Shown here piece by piece: positions 11,701-18,084 of a DNA stretch of 64,000 nt. Every line of letters starts with the position of its first letter. Position 1 is the first letter of the stretch. The translations under genes and the position numbers were made by a program. Under the pieces are notes generated by a model. It saw only the letters and a program-made list of their open reading frames with translations, made no database searches and was not told where the DNA came from. The stretch covers positions 64,001 to 128,000 of the IMG/VR virus record IMGVR_UViG_3300041964_000083; one strand, 5' to 3'. This DNA comes from a virus.

Positions 11701-14190
11701 TTTAACCAATCAACCAAAATTGAACAAGATTCGGTACAAAAGCTAGAAAAAGCTCTTGCTGCGGGTGAAGGAAAGATTAAACAAGTAGCATCAGCAGCAA
11801 CCGCAGACGAGAAAGAGCGATTGGCAAAATCTACAGAAGCATTTGCTAAACATCAATCTGATAAAGAGTCTCTTGAGTTAGATCAAATCAACACATCTCA
11901 AGCGTCACAGAAGAAGCAATACGCAGAAACACAAAAGCAGCTAAGTTTAGCTCAAGAACAATACAGTAAGCTCACTAAAGAAGAAAAGGAACGTGCTAGC
12001 CCGCAACTTGAAAAAATTAATGCATTGCGATCGCAGGCAGCAGAACAGCGCACTACGATCGCTAAAGCTGAAACTGAACGGGAAGAAAAACTCAGAAGCA
12101 CAGCAACCGAAAAATCTAGCATCGCTCAACAAAAAGCGTTAGATGTTGCTAAGGCTGCGGAAAATGATCGCCTAAAGAACATTCAAGAGCTTGTAAACAA
12201 AGGTGTTCTAAGTCAAGCAGATGCGGATGAACAACGCGCCAACCTTACAGTTGGTAGCTTAAAAAACCAGCTAAGTGCCGAGCAAGCACACTTAGCCAAT
12301 ATGGTTGACATTGCTAAAAAATACCCCAAAACAGGGCTAGAAGGGCAAAAGCAAGAGGAAGAGATTCGCAAAGCTCGAATCAAGACTCAAGAAATCACAA
12401 CACAAATACTGGAACAAGAAAAAGCAGCGTATGAGGCACACATCGCATCGATTACCGCCGCACTAGACCGCGAAAGCAACTTGAGTCAAGCTAAAGATGA
12501 GCAACTTGTTCGAGATGGATTGGAGATTCAGGAAGGTGCTGATCGCAAGAAGGCTGATTCTACAGTTAACCGTTTACAGAAGTTACTAGCACTCGAAACC
12601 AAAGATAAAGATAAACGCGCTCAATTAGAACTACAGCTACAAGAAGCACTGTCGGCACAAGACGATGCGCGGGTAAAAGAAAAATTAAAACATATTGATA
12701 ATGTCAATACCCAAGAACTGGCAAGAGATGAAGAACTATATCGTACAGGCAAACTTAAGAAAGAACAGTACGAAATAGAAAAAGCTCAATCAACATTAAG
12801 TCGTTTAGAACAAGAGCTTGCTTTAGAACAAGACGATGTAAGTAAGCGAATTGCTCTAGAACTTCAGGTACAGCAAGCGCGTACCAGTTTGCAAGAGGCA
12901 CAGCTAAGTCAACGCAAAGCTCAAATTGAAAGTGAGAACCAAGAATACCAAAACCAATTAGAGCGACAGCTCGAACCTCTCAAAGCACAGCAGTCTGTAT
13001 TTGACCTCCTCAATAAAGCATTAGAGAACCGCAATAAACTTCTCAGTGCTAGCCAAGACTTAATGCGGGCAGGTGCTAATTACTTGACTGGGCAGCTAGA
13101 AGCTATCTCATCTGTAGAGACATCAGAATATCGCCGTAAGCAGCTAGCTCAAGGTATTGCGGCAATCAAATTGGATGCGGCTAAAAAAGAAGCTGAAATG
13201 ACCGCAGCTTCCCTTGAAGCAGAGCAACAGATGCAACGATTTGCCCTGATGAGAGAGCAAATTGAAAATAGAGTTGCACTAGCGCGTCAGGTTGGGGAAA
13301 CAGCTAAACTCCAAGGGCAAATTGCAGTAGCCGAAGCTGACCCCCGTACCAGCAAAGCCCAGAAAGATGCGTTGTATATCCAACTTGATGCCGCCAAACA
13401 ACAGCAAGCACAGCTAAAGGGTATTGGTGTTCTATTGGCACAACAAGCACCTGCTCAAGAAAAAGTATTTGCTTTGCAGAAGCGCTCTAAACAGCTAGAA
13501 GCTGAAGGAACGGTTACTCAAGCGCAAGCGGCATTGATTAATACGCTTGGACCCGGCTCTAAAGAGCGTGCCGCTCGTGCTTTCCAAGAGCAACAATCCC
13601 AAAAAGTGTTTGGAACGAGTTATCAAGATGTAAGATCTGGTTCTCGTGCGTTAGCGCGTGAAACAGTTGATCGGGAAATACCGGGCGCAAACTTAGGGAC
13701 AGGGGCTGGAATGTCGGGGTTTGCACCTTATTTAGAGGAAGTGAGTGGTTCTGTTGCAGCTATGGCTCAAGCTAATACAGATTTGGCAAGAACAATGGGA
13801 CCTGCGGCAACAGCAGGAGTTGGCTTAGTCGGTGCTGGTGCTGCATCGTTAAGACTTCCGGATGTAGTTGGAAAGATACCGGGGTTAGATGAAATTAATC
13901 GCGGTTCACAAGATGCGATCGCGCAATCACTTCAGGCTTATCAACAAGAAGGGTTAAAGCTACCCACAGGACTCGCAGGACAACAGTTACAACTACCTAA
14001 AGTTTCAACGGATGGAATGGCGAAAAGTAGTTCCACGTTTGAAAAAGCTGTTTCTCAGTTTGCCAAAGCGGTACAATCGAGTCAGCAAACGAAAAAAACT
14101 AGTAGCGGCAATAATGTAACACTCAACGTTAATCAGTCGCAGTCATCAGATATCGGTAACATCTTAACCCTTGCAAAACAACTAAGCTAA
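2725..14190 (+). CDS. Giant tail tape measure protein (3821 aa)
   Basis: Typical TMP N-terminus VQIVISATDNAS; amphipathic repeats, TMP core, hydrophobic segments and long coiled-coil C-terminus. Confidence 0.85.
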   Translation: MPATNNAVQIVISATDNASGVISNIQSSLSGLSKLVSQPLQTALLNLNRVTNSVSQDIVDKVGAIGKSFNQVFSNIASPVSFPLSGLTRSLDEIPGLFTSAFTRGSQAATIAIQDIGGVDTRDLNQSLGEVPKLFNSTFTRGAQAANNALKEIGGLDVGELNQSLAGVPQLFNSTFIRGSQAANSALQNIGGIDTGKLTQSLDRVPQLFNSTFIRSTQSAQNALKSIGSVNTSGLSQSLGEVPALFASAFNRSGQVANNALQNIGKLNTGELSQSLAEVPKLFNSTFTRSSQVAQNALRDIGGIETDGLTRSLNEIPTLFAATFTRSAQSAQKVIQSIGGVETNQITQSLAEVPGLFTSAFTRGTNAATNALQSMGELNTEGLTQSLDEVPQLFNSAFTRGSQAATTALGSINGIDTDKLDQSLSEVPSLFARVFNQSNQIAQNNLESIGGVDTREITQSLAEVPTLFTSAFSRGEQVAQNAFKGIGNINTGELKQSLNEIPSLFNSTFTRSAQLAQNKLKDFDGINTGKLTQSLSEVPQLFSSTFNRSSQVAQNALQNIGDVNTDGLAQSLGEVPRLFTSFFTRGTQTAQNALQNIGDIDASELTRSLDKIPSLFTTTFTRSSQVAKNALQNIGEIDTGKLIQSIDEVPSLLVSTFTRGSQAVNNALQNIDGIDTDKLTQSLSEVPALFTSTFNQGSRAATNALQAIGGIDTGGLTESLGEVPQLFNSAFTRGKQSANNAIQGIGELSTDKLNQSLEEIPRLFGTTFTRSRQVADNAFQNIDGINTGKLDQSLNQILKLFTSTFNQSSQAATNALQKIGGVDTDKLTQSINEVPQLLGSSFTRGSQAATTALQNIGKLDTGRLTQSLGEIPALFNSAFTRGGQVAQNALASVDGIDTSRLTQSLSGVPQLFNSAFDRSSQAATTALQNIGELNTSGLTQSLGEIPTLFNSAFTRGSQSAQNALQDIGGVVDTSELTQSLSEVPQIFNSTFARSSQVAQNAIQSIGEVDTGALSQSLGEIPSLFASTFNRSRQTASDALKDIGGVNTDELNQSLGKIPQLFNSAFSRGSQVATDSLQTVGELNTDELTRSLAEIPDLFNSTFTRSRQSAQTALQSIGGIDTGELSQSVNSIPPLFTSAFDKGSQAAENALQDIGGVDARKLTQSLEDVPGLFASTFNRSAQAAQNALQSIGELNTSGLTQSLSEVPVLFNLAFTRSSQAASNALQGIDKLDTKRLSQSLDEIPQLFTSTFTRGNQVAQDALQNIDGVNTDNLKQSLNEVPSLFTSVFNRSRSVATNTLRSIGGVDTSELTRSLSGIPQFFTSAFTRGVQIAQNTFQSIGELDTGELNQSLSEIPQLFNSAFTRGNQSATNALQNIGNVDTSGLTQSLTEVPQILNSAFTRGSQSANSALQDIGGVNTDELTQSLNEVPQLFSSTFNRGTQAATNALQNIGELNTSGLTQALGEVLTLFNSAFTRGSQAANSALQSIDDIDTGNLNRSLAEIPQLFTSTFNRGTQAARNALQSIDGVDTNQLGQSLSEVPQLFTSAFTRGGQAAQDTIASVFSDIPADVSTLFSDISNRAKTSVDSLFQGIAPDTGKLNAAIKPIGNAIPDSLKPGIASARQTFASFFQSIPNQVDDWLAALPTSLGNAVNSAVDSIALNFDGLTRSLTDGLSDAFGGAALGIGDIGAGLNPFAGLASGISGAATGLDKVGTSISSAITSGFTKANTQVDGFFTGITNRVPNLLSGLPQAILAQLDTSVKALTPDLSGIQASFGRISDAFAIGFEPGIAAAQEEVETFFREIAQNAPEWMRDLPQSITNTFDSAFNSINLGQASSNFLEFGENVFSVFDSIGDAINDTGNLIRNLDTIFQTTLGTSLGDLVKKQIEDLNDDMGKVFDDGQILIPLSTTLGELAKTGTPAGASFFSGFFGAFGEEFASFFPTFTSLISKGISSVTGLIPSLFGSISSLIPSTLKTAFSSVTATAGSAFTSISALIPTTFTSAFSSAAGSISTTISSAFSSVTTTAASIFTSISARIPSWLAGAPAAIIDTFDRAWFGVADSFETTFSSIDFAGNVGANLASIGTGADDYARVFDLLKNSVGGVTDAIGTVTQQAFFFTEGFSALQGLVQNGPYQLLVQQNVELQQQLLETQASLVATNKIMQSGQQIVDPTAAIQALNAPIRSAIAQLRQDSLELVGVTSKDLVGVFQVVAQQASGIGINIQEAQKLTVSFSAALGTMGVPLHQASQEITSILTSQIDQNSVVAKNLGLNNDLIQRLSTQGKLYDFLQQKLGAFREGNKLQSQTIEGITSNIQELVDTVGLAAGEQLIKPIVDNLNQVYSYLQNNFKTISDYATSLVGKLSTAGQYVAEAVGLVLNSIAGVLGATTNSLFDFLIIGAKGFKDAVATMLPIFQPFIDSLAILITVAGNLSEAIGELPFTQLFFQFKILTTGAGLLKESFSAFAGVTPILGEAMFLMGGRANGLVGTFTNLTQALGNSSAAMGLLAGKHMNDIPILAGLVQNKVTGMLGPFSAFGPVISGLVPQLSTGAIALVGLTKQFPVLGSTITSAAGMIPGLLSSTGALAGSKGFGALGASLTAASGNLSTFLSGTDLATFASEKLTEVTKQVRAEFIKTITTTGLVIAGLAALAIIVVEVTKRMQDGGAPIKQLAKDTQNTANLIRDTWDKTRATTSKKLFEDQQVPATDWIDTMILKTRELEKGTLQITDAMSAVQAVGAILAKGFDFVAKAVQSVVVLVYEGVQGIVAGAQLAFNVLKNPLDTKAIEASMQKLVSVGDNASDGLQETWSRSFGDIQTKGEKSMTDIGDALKSGGLQRGVKDMVDQVNSLIASGLQPGKLFEKELEPVSTAIENLKNKTGSVKDVRDAIATLPDSIPADRKREFLDLVNKEFPNGVAESGESTEAFQERLKNLSKQLGVTGSDASNIRLEEIREKLEGNIQSINQQIDALKRSGQGYSGNARELRSLEGQLKTAKDAFDKFNQSTKIEQDSVQKLEKALAAGEGKIKQVASAATADEKERLAKSTEAFAKHQSDKESLELDQINTSQASQKKQYAETQKQLSLAQEQYSKLTKEEKERASPQLEKINALRSQAAEQRTTIAKAETEREEKLRSTATEKSSIAQQKALDVAKAAENDRLKNIQELVNKGVLSQADADEQRANLTVGSLKNQLSAEQAHLANMVDIAKKYPKTGLEGQKQEEEIRKARIKTQEITTQILEQEKAAYEAHIASITAALDRESNLSQAKDEQLVRDGLEIQEGADRKKADSTVNRLQKLLALETKDKDKRAQLELQLQEALSAQDDARVKEKLKHIDNVNTQELARDEELYRTGKLKKEQYEIEKAQSTLSRLEQELALEQDDVSKRIALELQVQQARTSLQEAQLSQRKAQIESENQEYQNQLERQLEPLKAQQSVFDLLNKALENRNKLLSASQDLMRAGANYLTGQLEAISSVETSEYRRKQLAQGIAAIKLDAAKKEAEMTAASLEAEQQMQRFALMREQIENRVALARQVGETAKLQGQIAVAEADPRTSKAQKDALYIQLDAAKQQQAQLKGIGVLLAQQAPAQEKVFALQKRSKQLEAEGTVTQAQAALINTLGPGSKERAARAFQEQQSQKVFGTSYQDVRSGSRALARETVDREIPGANLGTGAGMSGFAPYLEEVSGSVAAMAQANTDLARTMGPAATAGVGLVGAGAASLRLPDVVGKIPGLDEINRGSQDAIAQSLQAYQQEGLKLPTGLAGQQLQLPKVSTDGMAKSSSTFEKAVSQFAKAVQSSQQTKKTSSGNNVTLNVNQSQSSDIGNILTLAKQLS
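2980..7400 (+). repeat. 40 tandem 37-aa (111-bp) repeats inside the tape measure
   Basis: Unit approx GGVDTxxLTQSLxEVPQLFNSAFTRGSQAAxNALQNI; F-T-R anchors at 3031, 3142 ... 7363 = 39 x 111 bp + one extra codon. Confidence 0.9.
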
Positions 14191-14195
14191 ATATT

Positions 14196-14504
14196 ATGAG
14201 TGGTGGACTGAATTACATACAAAACCAAGACTTACAACTTGTGGGCGAAGTTAAAGCTGTAGCAAAACCTGACCGCACTCTGTTTAAATTAATTGCTCAA
14301 AACACCGAAAACCTTCATGAACTTGGAAAAGAGTTGAGATTAGCTGAAGGTGCGAACAATATTCAAAAACTAGCTGCTGCGATCGCGAGTTTAGCTGATG
14401 CTCAAAGTAAATTGGTTGTAATTGCGCTAACACAAGAACCCAACTATACACGAATTCTCGACTATGCCGAGCATTTAACCAATGATCAAGAGTCCACACT
14501 TTGA
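14196..14504 (+). CDS. Hypothetical phage protein
   Basis: ORF directly after TMP in same operon. Confidence 0.6.
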   Translation: MSGGLNYIQNQDLQLVGEVKAVAKPDRTLFKLIAQNTENLHELGKELRLAEGANNIQKLAAAIASLADAQSKLVVIALTQEPNYTRILDYAEHLTNDQESTL

Positions 14505-15069
14505 TACAGGTCGAGCGCTTGCAACCCAAATCAACAATGTTTTTGTGCGATCGTTTGGGTTAAAGACACCATTTCGTTACGATGATGTGCTTCCCGGTGA
14601 GCAGTACGGGCTGATTAACTTCCGGTATTTGCGCCAAGGCAACTATCTAGCCCACAATGCGGTAGCGCAGCACCCGTTGGTTATGGATGCAATAATTGTA
14701 ATCGGCTGCAAGGATATGCAAGAGGCAAGTGAGATGGAACTTGCGTGGATGCTCAATGCCGACCATGTTAGCAACGCCATCAAAACACTTGATGAATTTG
14801 ATGGCGCAGACTTACTCCATGATTTAGAAATTAGTGGTGACATAACGGCTGTACCACGACAAAGCGTTAAACCATTAGAGGATAGCCAAGATTCTAATCC
14901 CAAAATAAGGAATGGGCGTAACGCTAGACCCATCCACCCTTGGATGGTAGATATAAGCTGGGAACTCAAGGGTATGCTGCATATACCTAAAGGGTATGAT
15001 GGACAACATATTCAATTTCCTCAAATTGAAACTGGCTCAAGCAATTCTTTAGCAATTACCAACAGATAA
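14482..15069 (+). CDS. Hypothetical protein, possibly tail completion/terminator
   Basis: Size and position in structural operon; function inferred only. Confidence 0.4.
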   Translation: MIKSPHFDTGRALATQINNVFVRSFGLKTPFRYDDVLPGEQYGLINFRYLRQGNYLAHNAVAQHPLVMDAIIVIGCKDMQEASEMELAWMLNADHVSNAIKTLDEFDGADLLHDLEISGDITAVPRQSVKPLEDSQDSNPKIRNGRNARPIHPWMVDISWELKGMLHIPKGYDGQHIQFPQIETGSSNSLAITNR

Positions 15070-15087
15070 ATATCGAGATTTACTAAT

Positions 15088-15819
15088 ATGGCAGATTACG
15101 CAGCGATTGAAGTTGAACTTAAGGGCATCAAGTACACTACCGAAGGAACCGACTCTACGGGTTTGTTGTTTCTCTCTATCCTCTTTAGTGAAGAAGAAAC
15201 AGCGTTAATTAAGCAGGGGCGCATAAAAGATGTGATTACGATGTATGGCGATCGCAGCACATCGAGGATGAAGCAGAAACTCGAAAGCGCTACAACTCCT
15301 GAAGAGAAAGAGAAAGTAGAAAAGCAGCTCAACGATGAAATTATGCTCGCGTTGTGGCAGCGAATGGAGCGCGACTGGGAGATTCGGTTATTAGTGGCTG
15401 AACGGATTGTTGAATTATTCCGATTTGCCGAGCCGCACGCTATTCCTAAAAAGCTTGTAATGTTTGAAGCTTACAAAGAAGGGGACAAGCTCAAGTATGA
15501 ATTTGGCATCAACTTGTCATCAACCGATCTGCTAGCTTTGTTTGGCGCGATCATTGGACCCACCTTGGCTGACATCAGCGAGAGGCAGAAGAAATCTAGT
15601 GAGCCAGCATCAGAACCCACAACAGCTATCGAACAGGTAAGTGTTACAGAAGAAACACCAACCTCATCAGCACTTGTACTTACAGACACAAGTCGTCGGG
15701 ATGAACTAACACAGCAGCGTGTTGCGATCACAAAGCTACTTGAATCAAATCCAAGTGAAGATATGCGGCTAGGTTTAGAGAAACAGTTGAAGGATGTTGA
15801 TGCTCAATTGGTGAGTTGA
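15088..15819 (+). CDS. Hypothetical protein, possibly tail assembly chaperone
   Basis: Acidic helical ORF in tail operon. Confidence 0.4.
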   Translation: MADYAAIEVELKGIKYTTEGTDSTGLLFLSILFSEEETALIKQGRIKDVITMYGDRSTSRMKQKLESATTPEEKEKVEKQLNDEIMLALWQRMERDWEIRLLVAERIVELFRFAEPHAIPKKLVMFEAYKEGDKLKYEFGINLSSTDLLALFGAIIGPTLADISERQKKSSEPASEPTTAIEQVSVTEETPTSSALVLTDTSRRDELTQQRVAITKLLESNPSEDMRLGLEKQLKDVDAQLVS

Positions 15820-16361
15820 CATCGATTCGATGTCAGCGCGATCACACAACCTTTGAATATATGACAGTAAAAACACCCCTTCCTCTTGAATACTTGTTTC
15901 CGATTGAAGCAAGTACTGATTTTAATCCAGAATCATATCGGCATAGAATTCTGTTTGGTGAGCCTAAGTTCAACATTCCGGGTATATTCAATCATCCTGA
16001 GATACCACGCTTCTTTGCTTGCTACACCAACGATATTCCTGATCGGGAGGTCGCATGGCACAAGATTATTTCTACGAGCTTAAACTCGCTAGAAACACTA
16101 ACAATGTGTATGGAGCAACCCGACTCTTTGTTGTTACCCTACTGGTTAAACCCTAGCGTAAGTTTGTTAACTGCATTGCAGGGGATGAATATCAAAAGTA
16201 TAGGAGTGCTACCTGAACTCGGCAAAGCCTTTATGCCACATGGTGATACAGCATTAATTTACACAAAAAATAAGTGTAAGTTTGAAATCTTCGTAGACCA
16301 TAACAAGTGTGAAGTGGCGCTGTACCGACCACATTCATTGGCTTTTATTTTGGGTATTTGA
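15816..16361 (+). CDS. Hypothetical protein
   Basis: 181-aa ORF overlapping upstream stop. Confidence 0.55.
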   Translation: MTSIRCQRDHTTFEYMTVKTPLPLEYLFPIEASTDFNPESYRHRILFGEPKFNIPGIFNHPEIPRFFACYTNDIPDREVAWHKIISTSLNSLETLTMCMEQPDSLLLPYWLNPSVSLLTALQGMNIKSIGVLPELGKAFMPHGDTALIYTKNKCKFEIFVDHNKCEVALYRPHSLAFILGI

Positions 16362-16896
16362 TACGCATACGCGATCGCACCCCTAACCCAAAACAATCAC
16401 ATAAGAATCACAATATCCATGTTGTTCGTCAGCAGTATGACGGATAGCCCAGTCGGTATGCGATCGCGGGATGTATCCAGCATCCTCCGATTCGCGACTG
16501 GTGATTACTCCTAAATTGTAATATAAATAATTACTATCTTTTGTCGTTTTGCTAACATTTGAAAGTTCTGTTTTATGAACCAACTAAAACCAGTTTGTGT
16601 TTATCATGTATGCTTTTGCATAAATAATCCTAACTGGGTAATAACATATGTTAAACCAAAAGATAAATCGGCTTATTACGTTGTAGTTGTTCCCAAACAT
16701 TGTGATATTGAGAAACGTGGCAATATGCATTCAGAAGAAATGCTAGGGCTTCTTGAATATTTGGGATGCGGATACCTGAATTGCCGCTAAGGTACAATGA
16801 GAACTAGCGATCGCGTAATTGATTTCCAGTCATGAGTACGCGATCACTTGTGTTTGTTGATATAATTATACAGCGAATACAATGTATAATATAGAT

Positions 16897-17037
16897 ATGG
16901 CAAGAACCCACAGGTTTCAGATTCTCTTCACAGATGAAGAGGCGGCACGGTTAAAAGCTGAGTCAATACGACGAGGAATACCGATGGCTGAAATTATTAG
17001 AGATTATGTGAAAAATTTGCCAGCACCAAACGAATAG
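16897..17037 (+). CDS. Small ribbon-helix-helix (CopG-like) regulator, not in ORF track
   Basis: MARTHRFQILFTDEEAARLKAESIRRGIPMAEIIRDYVKNLPAPNE; paralogue at 20832..20984. Confidence 0.75.
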   Translation: MARTHRFQILFTDEEAARLKAESIRRGIPMAEIIRDYVKNLPAPNE

Positions 17038-17051
17038 GAGCGCGATCATAC

Positions 17052-17988
17052 ATGACTTACATTGGTTTGCCTTTGTTTAATATTTCAGACGAACAGTTTC
17101 AGCAACTAATTGAATTTGCTATTTTTGACGGCGCAATTACTAAATGCAACTGTTTTGAAGAGAATGGAACTCAGATTTGTTTGATAACCACTTTTGAATT
17201 AAACCCATCAAAACTTGAATCACCGCAAAAGCTTAAGGACGAATTGTTTTCTATTGATTCCGCTAAAGCATATTTAACGGGGTTGCTACGAGGAAGAATT
17301 AACGGACGTGTATCTACCAGGATGGCTTTTGACCTTAACTCAGGATGGCATAGGGTTGATTTTGACCAAGATAATGCAAATTCTCAAGGCGATCGCGCAT
17401 GAATCTATTGAACCAATTTCTTGAAGATTTTTGTAAACCCGTAGGTATAACATCTGATGGAGGTTTAACTTATTCTTTGAATTCCCCAAAAGAAACCGTA
17501 AACCTAGGAAAAAACTGGAGCAAAATTCATGAAGATTTATATGTTTTGATTGTGATCACAGAAAGCCAGCTAAAAATCGAAGTTTGGCATGTGGGTAGTG
17601 ATGAGGAACTAGAAAATCAAAAAAGCTTGCCTATTAACACATCGTTTAAAGAAATCACAGAAACAATCGTAGAGCTTTTGTTTGCAGCGTCTTCTTTTTA
17701 TATCGCAATAGATATTGTTGTTTAGTGCGATCGCGCAACATCATTCACAAAAACCAAAAGAATACCGTGTCAGAATTAAATCTCAGCCTACAAGCATCAG
17801 AAAACAGCACACCTGTAACCTTCCGTTATTCCGGAGAAACGTCTGAATCTGGTATAGGAGAAATTCAAATTGGAGAAACCAAAGCAGAAATAAGTATTGT
17901 TGTGCTGTGCAAAATAGCCGAACTGTTAAAAACATTAGACACAGTTGATTATCTAAAAAAGAGCAGCGTGTCAGACAAACGTAAATGA
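17052..17988 (+). CDS. Three small hypothetical genes (17052-17402, 17399-17725, ~17725-17988)
   Basis: Tightly coupled ORFs with HIP1 or near-HIP1 sites at each junction. Confidence 0.55.
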
Positions 17989-18004
17989 CAACTAATAGTT
18001 GTCA
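17986..18004. repeat. 19-bp palindrome copy 1 (TGACAACTAATAGTTGTCA)
   Basis: Overlaps TGA stop of 17725..17988; followed by terminator. Confidence 0.9.
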
Positions 18005-18007
18005 TTT

Positions 18008-18044
18008 CAACACCGCGTCATGTACTGATGCGGTGTTGTTTTTT
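18008..18044 (+). terminator. Rho-independent terminator
   Basis: CAACACCGCGTCA-tgtac-TGATGCGGTGTTG + T-run. Confidence 0.8.
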
Positions 18045-18084
18045 CGTATCAGGGTAGAATTGACATGAGAACTAGCGATCGCGT

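Noticed and set aside
4050-12132. Antisense ORFs within the tape measure, and similar shadow ORFs elsewhere
   Set aside because: Fully overlap long genes; low-complexity reverse-frame artefacts
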